Shown: positions 20,432 through 32,000, numbered from the stretch's first letter. The stretch is DNA of 32,000 nt from Amoeboradix gromovi X-113 (GCA_018985225.1 JADGIF010000007.1:1-32000); one strand, 5' to 3'. The notes: generated from the letters alone by a model not told the origin. Program-made: numbers and translations.

Positions 20432-21906
20432 ATGATTGACATCCTTGTGATTTTATCAATATCACTAGTAGTTGCTGTCTTTTCTGACTCTCCAAACATG
20501 ATAAATTTGGCGATTGGAATGAGAATGAATGTTAAACAACCGAATATAATGACTAACTTAGTGACTGATTGCTGCTCTGCTCAAGGATTGACATGTAATA
20601 GCGGTCGTGTTACTGAAATAAACTGGTCAGGATTATCATTGGATGGAAGCATAAACGGTGACTTCATTCCAGATGGGCTTTTATATCTAACTTTGGATAA
20701 CAATCAGTTCATAGGAACCATTCCGAGTACATTACCAAACGGATTACTAGGTATAAGTTTGAATTTTAATTCAATATCTGGACCAATTCCGGCTGCATTA
20801 CCGAGTGATCTAATTTATTTAAGTGCATACAACAACCAATTGAATGGCACCATTCCCAGTACATTACCATCTGGATTACTAAATTTAGGCCTCCGTAGCA
20901 ATCGAATGTCCGGTGATTTGCCTACATTTCCAACGACAATAAAAAATCTAATTTTGGGTGATAGGCATTACTTTGGTAACCATTTACAGACACTTTAAGA
21001 CTTAATAAACCTGTAGGGTTACTGATCTGTGAAAACTATATCACTGATGTAATTATAAATGATCCAAGTGATCTAACCACTTGTGACTTGTCCAATAATC
21101 CACTATTAGGTAATCCAAATATTGTCGGTTTGACCATGTGCACAAGGGTTGGCTTGTATGATCCCAATTTACTTCCTGTTACACTCAGTAAGTCATCTTC
21201 AGTTGGTTTTGCAAACAGTGCAACCTTTTTAACGAGCAGTGCTTTAACGAACAATTTTTCCGCTAGCATTTCATCTGATTACATTATTTACGAAACAACT
21301 ACTTCGAAATTAAACAGCCCAAAACAGTCATTGAAGAGCGGAATTACATCAAATAGTACATCTGTTGATGCATTTGTTACACCTAAAATAACCATTACCC
21401 TTGAAAACACGTCTTTAATAAATATATCAACAACAGATGTGACATCAAACAGAAAAAATACAATAACTATAGTTTTAGAGCAAACTGCACAACAAACCGC
21501 TAGTAACATAGCGTATTCGTTAAACTCTAAAAAGCCTGCAGTCCAAGAGGCTAGTGTCAAAAATGCATTTCAAACCAGTCGAACACACAATCTTAAAACA
21601 CTACAGGAAATTGGTGAAAAGACATTTGCAGCACTTAATTTGGACTTGAATACTGCATTTAGCACAAAGTCCGACCCAAAGATTAAAACAGAAACAACTA
21701 AAATTAATCCCTCAACACTTGTGATAACTAAATCTATGCGCATTTCATTAAGAATATCTACTACTCAGATAGGGCCATCAAATATAAAAGATATACCAAA
21801 ACAGGATGCAGATGTTACGAGCAGCACTAATGGCATCATGTTTGGAGCGAGTGTTTGTATAACAGTCGTGTTTACAATGGCTGGTTTGAAAAAGTATCTG
21901 AAATAA
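20432..21906 (+). CDS. LRR receptor-like surface protein (signal peptide, LRRs, Ser/Thr stalk, C-terminal TM), split by a 1-nt frameshift
   Basis: Repeats of L.L.nNqf.G.IPs.LP.gL type and an N-cap DCC..GLTC..GRVTEINW. Adding one T at TTT 20983-20985 joins the ORFs as GNHFTDTLRLNKPVGLLICENYITDVIIND...CDLSNNPLLGNP. Pseudogene or assembly error. Confidence 0.8.
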
Positions 21907-22229
21907 AGGCAAGGGCAATTAATGTTGAAGCGGACAATAAAAGTAATCTTCATATTTATTTAGATGTTGAGAGAACAGAATGTCAAGTAAATAACTGGCT
22001 GCTGATTCGTCAATTCTCTTATTTCAGCAAATGCTCGTCTAATATGATGGATTCGTATTTTGCGTTGGTGAGAGATCTTTTCCAAATTCTGTTTGCATAG
22101 TATTCTTACATTTGCTTTGCATAAGAGCTGTAGGAATAGAGGAACAACTGCTAGAATAAAACATAAAAACAAGGTAAGATATTTAGTTCAATGTTCGAAT
22201 CATTGCTTACTTTCAAACTACTGTAAACT

Positions 22230-22640
22230 ACGTTTTATTGTCAATCTAGCCTTAGACACAGCAGTCTTAAGTGATTTTTTTGGCGCTTATAACTCAATTT
22301 TAGCCTGTAAATTTCCTAGTGCAGCTGCCATTGGAAAATAAGCAGCAGACTGTTCAATGTTCATTTCAACACCCAAGCCCATCCTATAAAAGACTCCAAG
22401 CGTATAGCTTGCTTTATCATCACTGCCATCTAATAAATTCAGTCACAATAACCGCGCTTTCGCATACATCTTTTCGTTCATATAGATCCCTAATAAATTC
22501 CAATTTGCAGACTCATTGCCTAACGAACAACTCTGCTCTAATAGCAACTGTGCAGATGTTATGTTCTTGTCACATACTACGAGGCAATATGGGTGTAACC
22601 ATAGCCATTCCAAACTCTAATTCTTTTGGGTTACATTCAA
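22230..22640 (-). pseudogene. SEL1-like repeat protein pseudogene
   Basis: 22412->22287 encodes ASYTLGVFYRMGLGVEMNIEQSAAYFPMAAALGNLQAKIEL*, a canonical SEL1 repeat. It is preceded by KNITSAQLLLEQSCSLGNESANWNL and an in-frame TGA at ~22444. Confidence 0.75.
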
Positions 22641-24294
22641 ATACCACCTAACCCAAGATATAAGGAATGAGTATATCTCAATTTTATCTCGCAAAACATT
22701 TCAAATATTTGTAAGGTATTTTGCATAGCATAATATTTTCATTCACCTTTTGGTACGTTATCAGTGCCATGTCTATTATCTGTTCTGGCATTCTATTATA
22801 TTACTTGGATAATGGTGATAGTAAGAAATGAGCAGTTAACATGAATAAGCACAAATTGGAGAAGCAAAGGAAGCTTCTAAGAAACAAGAATAAGAAATAG
22901 TTTAATGAAGTACATATTTAAATTTCTTTTTCGTCTATTTTTGGTGGATACATCACAAAACTGGTCTAAAAAGTCGAGTCATTCAAAAAATCAAGTGAAT
23001 AATTTATTACTTATAACTTTGCGTATTTTTAATGTTTTCAAGGAAGTCATAATATTTCCCTTGATCTTCAATCGAAATTTCATAAAAGCTTGTTCTCATG
23101 TTGATTTACTTGCTAAAATATTACCTAAATCAGTTTCTTCTAATACAATAGTGACATCTATCTTGGTTCATGAAATAACATAATATCTGCTTACTGAATC
23201 ATATATTTCATTCTAATATATGCCATTGAATTGCTAATGCTGCTCTTCATTCAGTCATTGATCGATAATTTCATTCAAGGCTCTCAGTCAGAATCTCATT
23301 CAAGATTACATTCATTGGTGCACATACTGTTTGGTCAGTCTCTCATATCTAGTTACTCGGTTATTAGATATCACTTCAATCTTTATATTGATTGACGATT
23401 AATGTATTTCAAGGGAAATATCGGTATACCGATCAAAAGCATTGAAAAAGTATGAAGAATTTATTATTCAATCTTGTTCGTATGAATCTGCCGTCCTAGG
23501 AGTCTATATAATACATAGCCAACCAATCTTCATATGGCTCTATGGTCATGTTCCCAAATACATTTCCTCAAACTACAATTGCACACCAAAACAAATGAAT
23601 ATTGGAGACATTATCACTGACTATTCTAGTGTTCCGGAAAACCTTCGTAATTCTGAAGATACGCGAGCCATGTACACGCCAAGTGGTGATATTATTTTGG
23701 GTATTTCTTGCCCTTTTGTTAGAATATTGAGAAGTACATGCTATATATGTGCCCAAATGATAATGCCAGAGTTGCTTGAGATGAACATATTACTAGTTGA
23801 ACCAGTATTTCCAAATTTAGTAGAACGTTGTTTCAACGATAAAAATCATTACGGATGGTTAAACAATCAAATCCCCTTATTTGATCCACTTTAGGGCCTT
23901 CAATTCTGCATAGCAAATATCCAAATATCATCTTGTCTATTTCCACAAGTAATAGATAGAGTGAGGTAATATATATTGTCTCTTGGGCCTCATTTCATTG
24001 ATATAGCATGAAGTAACAAATATAGAATTCTGGAAGTAAATTCTTTTCATTTGAACGGTGAAAAGTACTGCTGTTCTTTCTTGGAATTTTTCTTTTGTAA
24101 TAATTCCCACACTTCAATGACTTGTATATACTAGTCATAACCTAATACGCGGTCCGAGCTCTCTTCTTTTCTTGAACTCCCTGGTTCAATGACCTACATG
24201 AGTACTATGGCCTGAATGTAAATATCAAGGCTATGGAAGTCTATTGATTACATAACACTTAAATAAACCAATGTGACTTAATCCCTACTCCTCA

Positions 24295-24540
24295 AAGTAT
24301 TACCCTCATCTCTGCATCAGTGCCCAGGACTTTCCAACTTGTCAACATTCAATTCCAGTCGTCCCAAGCCATAAATCTCGTTTTATTTTCTTCTCTGACG
24401 CTTTCCAACTTGTCGACAGGACTTTCCAACTTTTTGACATTTCATTTACTTATCACTTATTTCTGCACAAGTATAACCTCATGTCTACACCAGATGAAAA
24501 AGCCCAGACTTCACTGATTTCTGCAAGTATTACCCTTATA
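24295..24540. repeat. Cluster of two interleaved short direct repeats
   Basis: CTTTCCAACTT(G/T)T(C/T)(A/G)ACA at ~24330, 24401 and 24422; AAGTAT(T/A)ACC at 24295, 24469 and 24525. Confidence 0.75.
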
Positions 24541-24607
24541 AAAAAGAACCCAATGATTTAATGAATTAAGTTTATTTTGGGATTAACATTACATTTTTTT
24601 CATTTTC

Positions 24608-25100
24608 ATGGGCACTCTATCATGGCTGGTAGCATTAATTCATTCAAAATTTTGTTTACGGTACCATATAAACATGTGGCAAATGATGGAATTGGAAGGC
24701 ATATCAACTTTATATGCCTATTTTTTGGTGTCATACCATGATATCAACAGTATCGGGATATTTTGTAAAAGTGGATTTTCAAGTGGCTGTCTTCCCAGTA
24801 TTTATCATCTACTTCTTTGTGTCTGATAGCATAATACAGATTTTATTTTGGAAGAAATTGAGAATGATTAAATATTATATTGGTAGTGATATTGAAGCAT
24901 CTGTAACAGAATTAAGAGAATTGCGAAAATTGTTTCTAATCAGGATTGGTGTTGCTTGTTTAGCTTATTTAACCATAGAAGCATTTGATGTACTTCAGTT
25001 TGGAAATTCCTACGACGATAATGATGCAATTCATGTAGCTTATTATTATATTATTGCACTAATTTTTGCAATTTTTTTGCCTAGCTTTATCATTATGTAA
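24608..25100 (+). pseudogene. Multi-pass membrane protein fragment, probably frameshifted
   Basis: ORF 24714-25100 has three hydrophobic segments; the overlapping ORF from 24608 suggests a shift near the T-run at ~24721-24726. Confidence 0.4.
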
Positions 25101-25465
25101 AAACAAAAATTTATTGTGCCAGCTTGATTCAAAAAATGGAAATTTTTGAAATTCAAGTAACTGCGGTAGTTTAAAAATAAATTTATATTTATAAGAATCT
25201 TCCAATTTCGATGTATCCCATCGATCTGGATCAGATGCTAATGGATACTAAATATTTTTTTAATTTACATTCATTTCATGTTATTTACAACAGTGCTTTT
25301 TGAATAGCGATGACAGCCAGACATTATCTAGATTCATTTGGTTAAACCTGACTTGTCGACCATCCGCTTTTCAAAAACAATATAAAATACACAATAATTG
25401 GTAAAATCAATAGCTATAATTAAATTAAATTTATTCTGGATCAGTATAATGAAACATTAGTCATT

Positions 25466-26461
25466 TTAAAATGATTTGCAAACTTTAGTTTGAACTATTT
25501 CATTAATATATTTCATATCATCCTTTGGTTTCCTGTAAAATATAAAGCTACTGGTTTCCAAATGGATTTTTTCTTCTAGATACATATCTTGCATAATTCC
25601 AAATACCTCTCTTACATCAAGAATATGACCCTCTGCAGTTTTAATCGACTTGTGAATTTCACATTCAGCAATATCAGGAAACCATTTATCGCATGGATTC
25701 GAGCCTTTCCCTTTTACCAAACTATAACGAAATTTTTCTATATCATCCATTGCATCTTCTAATTGATTATTTACAGTACTTACAAGTTCTTTTAATATAT
25801 GACTCTCTAATTCTTTCTGAGTTCGGGTTGATAAGTGAGTTAAGCTGTTAAGGTTCTTCTCCAATGTGTAAGTATTTGCTAATTCTTCGACATCACAAAA
25901 AAATAGCTGTTGAAACTTAATTGCTTTAATAGTTGCACTTTTCAAGTTTTTAAGCTTTTGTTTAATAGAGTCTAACTTATTTATGTCTGCTTGCAGATTA
26001 TACCTTGAAATAATTGCTCCAACATCTGAGATGCCATTGGATGCTAATCTTACAGACTCTGTAGTAGGAAGTGGTTTACCTAAATCTTTTATCACTGTTA
26101 CGATTTCACGCAACGCATTTGATTCACGAGTACATCTTTCCCATGGCCATTCCAAGGTTTCACAAATAAAATAAGTCCATTTAATATTTAGTTGGACTTG
26201 AACTTCCTCGATAATTTCATTATAAAAACTATGACTTGCTGGATACATAAATAGACAAAGAAGAATAATAAATAATTCGGATTTGTTCATAAATTGTACG
26301 GAAATGGGTTCTGGTACATTTGTTTCTTGACCTCGGTTTTCATCCAAATTATTCAATGATTCCTGAACGTGGTTTGGCAAAGATCTATCATTCAAATGTC
26401 TTGCAGCTACTTCACGCTCCCATTCTTGTGGTGACAGTCTACGATCAGTTGCGAAGGCCAT
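25466..26461 (-). CDS. Hypothetical protein (~331 aa), one TM/signal anchor plus helical coiled-coil region
   Basis: Long intact ORF, first ATG at 26461; hydrophobic LFIILLCLFMYP segment. Confidence 0.7.
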   Translation of the reverse strand: MAFATDRRLSPQEWEREVAARHLNDRSLPNHVQESLNNLDENRGQETNVPEPISVQFMNKSELFIILLCLFMYPASHSFYNEIIEEVQVQLNIKWTYFICETLEWPWERCTRESNALREIVTVIKDLGKPLPTTESVRLASNGISDVGAIISRYNLQADINKLDSIKQKLKNLKSATIKAIKFQQLFFCDVEELANTYTLEKNLNSLTHLSTRTQKELESHILKELVSTVNNQLEDAMDDIEKFRYSLVKGKGSNPCDKWFPDIAECEIHKSIKTAEGHILDVREVFGIMQDMYLEEKIHLETSSFIFYRKPKDDMKYINEIVQTKVCKSF

Positions 26462-26609
26462 GGTGAACAAAGTACATCACCAAATTTTATGTATTTTTTT
26501 GTCCAAACAAAAACCTTAATTGTCTCCATTCAATCATATAAATCCAGTCAAGAGGTTTGATTTCCACCAATCTGACTATCAATTGAAATGCCCAATCAAA
26601 CATCTTGAC

Positions 26610-26900
26610 TGATTTGATGGGCCGGATGTCATTGGGATGAAAAGACCTTCGGGAGCTGCTGCTGGACATGGCGACTTTGAAAGTATGACTTGGCTACATG
26701 CAAATAAATGTCCTTGGAGCAAATGGACTTTCATGGCTGCTACCAGACATGGAAATTTGGACAATATGAAGTGGCCACTGAGAAATAATTGTCTTTGGTA
26801 CCGCAAAACTTTCAAAGTTGCTGCTTTGTTTGATAATCTAGATAATGTGCAATGGCTACATGAGTCCGGGTGTGATTTCATATGGCTAGTTTTAAATTAG
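26610..26900 (+). pseudogene. Ankyrin-repeat fragment of the 'GCPW' type
   Basis: GCHWDEKTF (shifted frame), then AAAGHGDFESMTWLHANKCPW / FMAATRHGNLDNMKW...CLW / AALFDNLDNVQWLHESGC; ~25-aa periodicity. Confidence 0.75.
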
Positions 26901-27149
26901 AGAGTTGGGAAATAACTTTGAATCGTAATTTTACCGCCTATCAGAAATGACCAACAGATAATATTTTGAAAGAGTTTAATATTAAAGAATATGTAACCGC
27001 TTTCTATGAGCTATTAAGTCATACGGGATTGAAAGACGAGATAACATATCCTTCAAGCTTTTATGGATAGATTTAGACAAACTTACCCACCTAAGTAAAT
27101 AATTTGCTTTAAAATTAAAAAAATATTTGAGTTTATTTTGGATACTCCG

Positions 27150-28060
27150 AATAAGATTCCAATAAGACATATTCTTGGCCTTGATCAGATCAGTTTTCTT
27201 TCGTACTGTCAAGGTAGACGATTAAAGTGATTCTGGAGGGAATTGAAAAAAGTCAGAGTCGGGTGCATTCAACTCCAATTCGTGTCTGCTCAAGTTGACT
27301 GTGACAGTCTCGAAGTCTGACACCAGTTTCTTCAAGATGACACGTCCTGGTACCTCTCTTTTAAATTGAAAAAAATGATATCCTCCAATTCCAGGAGTAT
27401 CATCAAAGTAGTGATTCAATTTGGAGCGATAATGATTGAGCCGTCTGCTTGTAAAAATTTACACTCATTCCCAGTTGCAGTCGTTTGAATAAGCGCTTGA
27501 CTTGGTCCACATTAAATACATACCGCAAATAAATCGCTTCTCAATCGTGTCACATTTACCAGAAAGACACAGTCAAGCCAATAAATTTATCATCTTGTTT
27601 TTATTTTGCCCGATACAATTACCTGGAAAAAATCAGATGGCATATTTGATCATAAGATAGCAGGAAAATATAATCGAACAAAAGACTTACCACATTGTCA
27701 TCACCTTTCTTACCATGATCTTTTCTGAAAATATGGTTCAACTGCTACATCTTCGTTTCATTGCAAACACTAAGCAATTACACGTTCAGCAGTGGAAGGA
27801 ATACAATTCTGATGGCGGATCCTTAAAATCGTAGTAGTACCAAATTCTGACTACAATCAAAAGAAAGATAGGTCACATTGGCCATGTTTTTACATCGATT
27901 GTATTCCAGTGGCGCTATTTTGGCGTGACTCAGATGTTTTGGAATGTCTCTTGTCAAATCAATCAAACCGTTTCAGACTCGGTTTTATTTCATGTTGTTT
28001 TTAATGTTGGAAGTGTTTGCACATGTCTGACCGAATCCAAATCATCTCAAAGCCACGACA
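27150..28060 (-). mobile_element. Decayed DDE DNA-transposase relic (DNCxGQNKN type, Sola2-like)
   Basis: Ordered fragments RSDMC, HLSHAK, YLSFDCSQNL (~27860), LSVCNE, KKGDDNVVSLLFDY (~27700), GNCIGQNKNK (~27610), YFDDTPGIGGYHFFQF...PGRVILK. Many stops and frameshifts; GHTK segment missing. Superfamily name tentative. Confidence 0.7.
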
Positions 28061-28623
28061 GAGAAGACGAAAAATCTCGAATTTAGTCTGGATGGCGTCT
28101 TCGGAATGTAAGTGTATATCATGCAAACAAGAAATGGTGTCGTCACTTTTAAACCATAAACAAATGACAAATATTGTTCAGTGAGCATTGTTGTATAGAT
28201 ATTGTATTTCAGTTTTTAGTTCACCATGTATTTCTGCAAAAATGAAAATTAACTCTTTGATACATGCATTTTTTGTCATGAATTCGAGATTTAAATTTGT
28301 TGAGAGATCACTGGTTACATTCCAAGTAGATCAAGTAGTCATCTGTAGAGTTGATAAGGTCGATCAAGGCTTTACTCAAGCATATTAAGCTTAAATGGCA
28401 GTAAATAAAAAGTTGTATGAAAATTCATCATTGGTCTCGTTATCGTAGAGTAATTCATTTGAAACCAATCCTTGTCTCGTTTTCACAGTGTAAAGCCATA
28501 GTTGCATATACTATCGAATTATTTGAAAAGATTTATACCTATAAACATCAAACAAGGATCAGTAAATACTGCCGGATAACCTCTATTCCAAATTACCAAT
28601 TTTAGTTTTTCGAAACATTTGAG

Positions 28624-29939
28624 ATGGTCTACATGTCACAGTCTGTCCTCGAACATATTAAAAATACAGGGCACCCATTCCATCAGATTCTAATGGAATT
28701 TTATAGTTCCGAATTTAAAAGTTTTGACAATACCTGCATTTTATTTTCTATAGTTGAATTTGAACCAAATGAGACATGGAACTTAGTTACGATCTCGGGA
28801 GTGTTTGGCATGCAAAAGATTAATGAGTGGACTAAATTTTGCAATAAAATTGTAAAACAGAATACAGAAGACTCCAATAAAAATGAAGTTCCAGTATTAG
28901 CCTGTTTAAAAGGCTCTTGGACTAAATGGTGTTTTTCGACAGAGGTTTATGTTAAATCCTTGCATGAAAACGACAATAAAACTCCCAAAGAAAGTCTAAT
29001 TAATGAAATTGTAAGACGAGAAGTTGATGTATACCAACGTGTTGTCAAAGAACTTACTAAGGTAAACAGAAGTTCACTTGAGTCTTTAATGGGGGTTGCA
29101 AATGAAATCTTAAAAAGCCATTTTAAGGACGATCTATTTTTACGTGATTATGATATAGAGGAAGTGTACCTCAAAATGATAAACAGAAGATACTGTAAAA
29201 TGTTTCAGCAGAAAGTTCGAATATCATCCATTAAGAAATTACAAAACGAATTTGATCAAGAATGGCACAGGGCTGATGAAGGTTTTGATATTAATACGTA
29301 TGAATACATAGTCAAGTCGTTTTTGATATCTAAATTTGCTAACAACACCACTTCAAAAGCCGATACACCACGAGTTTCAATTGAATTGTTAGTTGAGAAG
29401 ATGCTAGGAGATAGAATTCACATTTGGAGGAGTGATAGATGCGAAAAAGGTGCAAAATTGAAAGAGATTTTAAATGATATTAAGGATTCTATAGAAGAAT
29501 TTGATGCAAGTAAAAGTTACGATAAAAAATGTTGCATATTTTTTGGCTTGTTACAAGACTTGAACTCAAAAGTTTGCGATAGTTTTAAGAATGGTGGTAT
29601 TTATTGATTAACGAAGATCGATTGGGTATTATTGATGACATTGTTACATATATAGAAAACTGTAAGCTTTTTGGCTTCTCGATTTTGAATACATATTTGC
29701 AGTGTGCAGAGGTGAATGAGGTTAGAGCAATGAAAGGTTATTTGAAGAAAAAAAGCTTTAAGATCAAGAATCATGATGTTTATACTATGCGATATGGTGA
29801 GATTAAAGAGAATTGTGTTAAGGTGAGTAATGAAACTATTAAAAGTGGTGAATTTCGAGGATTTCATTTGAAAAAATTGAAGGCTTGTCCTGTATGCAAA
29901 ATATGGTATCCTGCTGCGATTTCTGAATTAAAAAATTAG
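28624..29939 (+). CDS. Hypothetical protein, probably one gene with a frameshift at ~29585-29590; C-terminal CxxC
   Basis: The 327-aa ORF overlaps a second frame that is open from ~29590 (EWWYLLINEDRLG...KACPVCKIWYP) and has no ATG near its start. Confidence 0.6.
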
Positions 29940-30636
29940 CGCATCGAGTAAATAAGTCCATCAATAACCAAGCAAAAACTAAAATCAACTATTCTATTAA
30001 GTAAATTATTAAAATCTGTGAGCTATTCTTTAATTTTGAAGTCTTAAAAGACAAATATAGTCACTACCAGTGATACTGACAACAATGTAGAGGTGAAATT
30101 GGTACTTGAAAAAATACTTGAAAAGAAACTGTCTCCATTTCATTTCGTCGAGTTTGTATTTGAAAATGAATCGAAAGCATAATACTTGACAGTTTATATA
30201 TTTTCCTGCTGAAATGAAATTGCGGAGGTGTCCAATATGCTCTATGCCTTATTATGATACGAAAAGAAACTCAGAAGCTCACCTATTGCCTTTCTTTACT
30301 CTTGCATTCAAAAAAATGACTCAAATTCTCAAGTGTTTAGACCTGTTCTTGTAAATACAAAGTCTAATTTTATATTTAACGTTATATCTCTTAATGAGTC
30401 CAGATCTGCATTACTTGAAGTTGTTCACTTTGTCTACTTTTACATGATGTCTCAAAATGTTTTTTCCTACTTTTTCTCCTGGTTGTATGAATCTAATCCC
30501 AGAGCCATTAATGTCTTGTACAAGAGTAAGGCCGCAGGCATCTTGAGCATCGCACATCTCAACGGACTCTGATATTTGCTTTAAATATGTTCTTTGTATT
30601 CAACACGTCCAATCTGTGTCACGTCCCGTCAAACAA

Positions 30637-32000
30637 ATGAATTTTGAATTCAGAAATAGATCTGCAGGTAGGAAACTAGAAGAACAATACATTGACGTTC
30701 ATGATTATAAAAGAGAAGATTTATTAGAAGCACCTTTGATTCAAAAATATGCCCATGTGGAGGAATATGATAAAGAATTTTATCACAATTTATTCTGGGT
30801 TGGTCTTTACACTGTTCTTGGTGTAATTACTAGAATGTATAACATAAGCGTATCCAATAGGGTTACATGGGATGAAGCTCATTTTGGTAAATTCGGTTCG
30901 TACTACCTCGGTCAATCATTTTATTTCGACGTCCATCCACCTCTTGGAAAGATGCTCGTGGCTCTGGGCATGCTTTTAAGTGGCTATACGGGGGGCTTCG
31001 GATTTGAGAGCGGTCATGAATACGGTGATGTGAATTATGTGGGCATGCGCATATTTTGTGCTATATTTGGCAGTTTACTAGTCCCTTTGACATATTTAAT
31101 CGCCAAGGAACTACCTATAACCACATTTAGCAAACATCTAACCACGTGGCTGGTGTTATTTGAGGTTGGATTAAATGTGATTACAAGATTTATTTTATTG
31201 GATCCTTTCCTGTTGTTCTTTACGGCAACCAGCTTGTATTGTTTTGTGAAAACTTTAAAGTATCCACTTGGAATAGACAAATTTGTCTGGATGACTCTGC
31301 TTGGCATTTCTCTTGGCTGTGTTGCTAGTATTAAGTGGGTAGGATTTTTCTTTATTGCTCTAGTGGGGTTCAATACAATTTATGAACTCTGGGAGCATTG
31401 GGGTGATCTAAATCTTCCACTACCAACTTATGGCTTGCACTGGGCTAGTAGGATAATATCTTTAATTTTTGTACCCATAACCGTGTATGTCATTATGTAT
31501 GTTATTCATTTTACCATTCTAACTAATTCTGGAAATGGTGATAGCCACATGTCTTCTTTATTTCAGGCTTCCCTTAAGGGCACTGATCTTAATCGTAATC
31601 CACTCTACATCGTTTATGGCTCTACTATAACTGTTAAGAATACAGCTTATAGTGGTGGTCTGCTCCATAGTCATCCACATAGTTATCCACAAGGCAGTAA
31701 ACAGCAGCAAATAACTGCATATCATTTCAGGGATGATAATAACCAATGGACTCTTTTTCCTGCCAAGCATGGCTCCTTTGTGCCCATATACAAGTCCGAT
31801 GAATCAACGGAATATAACGAGCAACTCAAGCAGTCTCTGACTTACCTTCGCCATTTGGATGAAGTACGGTTAGTGCATAAGTCGACAGATCGTAATTTGC
31901 ACTCGCATCCAGTTAGTGCTCATGTAAGCAAACATGCTTGGGAAGTGAGTGCGTATGGAAACAATACTTTTGGGGATTCAAATGATGTTTGGGTGTTTGA
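30637..32000 (+). CDS. PMT2: Dolichyl-phosphate-mannose:protein O-mannosyltransferase, PMT2 subfamily (runs off the window end)
   Basis: Not in the ORF track because no stop is reached. ATG at 30637; VTWDEAHFGKFGSYY, FDVHPPLGKML, RFILLDP, SIKWVG, SGNGDSHMSSLFQASL; MIR domain GGLLHSHPHSYPQGSKQQQIT. Confidence 0.95.
   Translation, partial: MNFEFRNRSAGRKLEEQYIDVHDYKREDLLEAPLIQKYAHVEEYDKEFYHNLFWVGLYTVLGVITRMYNISVSNRVTWDEAHFGKFGSYYLGQSFYFDVHPPLGKMLVALGMLLSGYTGGFGFESGHEYGDVNYVGMRIFCAIFGSLLVPLTYLIAKELPITTFSKHLTTWLVLFEVGLNVITRFILLDPFLLFFTATSLYCFVKTLKYPLGIDKFVWMTLLGISLGCVASIKWVGFFFIALVGFNTIYELWEHWGDLNLPLPTYGLHWASRIISLIFVPITVYVIMYVIHFTILTNSGNGDSHMSSLFQASLKGTDLNRNPLYIVYGSTITVKNTAYSGGLLHSHPHSYPQGSKQQQITAYHFRDDNNQWTLFPAKHGSFVPIYKSDESTEYNEQLKQSLTYLRHLDEVRLVHKSTDRNLHSHPVSAHVSKHAWEVSAYGNNTFGDSNDVWVF

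Noticed and set aside
23400-24120. 150-aa plus-strand ORF, or a minus-strand hAT/Harbinger relic (KKYPK*YHHLACTWLAY)
   Set aside because: The ORF has a TTG start and no motif; the minus-strand resemblance is one weak motif. Probably a decayed gene, but unassignable.
24295-24540. CRISPR array or NF-kB sites (GGACTTTCC)
   Set aside because: Spacing is irregular, there are no unique equal-length spacers or cas genes, and NF-kB is not expected in this lineage.
3042-31770. Numerous 60-120 aa ORFs antisense or out of frame within Nox, the deaminase, HNH-2TM, LRR and PMT2 genes
   Set aside because: They are shadow ORFs of well-supported genes.
1-32000. Alternative genetic code (TAA/TAG or TGA reassigned) explaining the broken ORFs
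   Set aside because: Nox, the 1248-aa deaminase and PMT2 have no in-frame stops, and Nox ends with TGA right after its conserved KENF terminus. The broken genes also contain frameshifts.
1-32000. tRNA or rRNA genes
   Set aside because: No cloverleaf with a T-loop GTTCRA context or rRNA-like conserved segment was seen by eye; a tRNAscan/Infernal run is needed to exclude them.

Overview
AT-rich, intron-poor eukaryotic DNA in the standard genetic code, most likely an early-diverging fungus (inferred from an intronless NoxB-like NADPH oxidase, a PMT2-type O-mannosyltransferase and a fungal-type zinc-finger gene). Conserved genes sit near both ends: Nox at 2.8-4.5 kb and PMT2 from 30.6 kb past the window edge. 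Most of the rest is an accessory or gene-graveyard region. Main result, invisible in the ORF track: two decayed Fanzor2/TnpB-like RNA-guided nuclease genes (about 8.87-10.3 kb on minus, about 1.9-2.66 kb on plus), each followed by a conserved, foldable ~80-nt 3' element resembling an omegaRNA scaffold. The same element occurs without a nuclease at 12.28-12.36 kb (68/81 nt identical to the 8.9 kb copy), and very degenerately at ~22.2 kb, both times directly behind a SEL1-repeat gene relic. Other notable items: an intact 1248-aa adenosine-deaminase-family protein with all catalytic motifs; an HNH-like/coiled-coil/2TM protein with a decayed tandem paralogue; a frameshifted Schlafen AlbA_2 gene; a frameshifted LRR receptor-like gene; GCPW-type ankyrin and trypsin-like relics; a decayed DNCxGQNKN-type DDE transposase; and several orphan ORFs. 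All assignments are by-eye motif recognition; no database searches were run.
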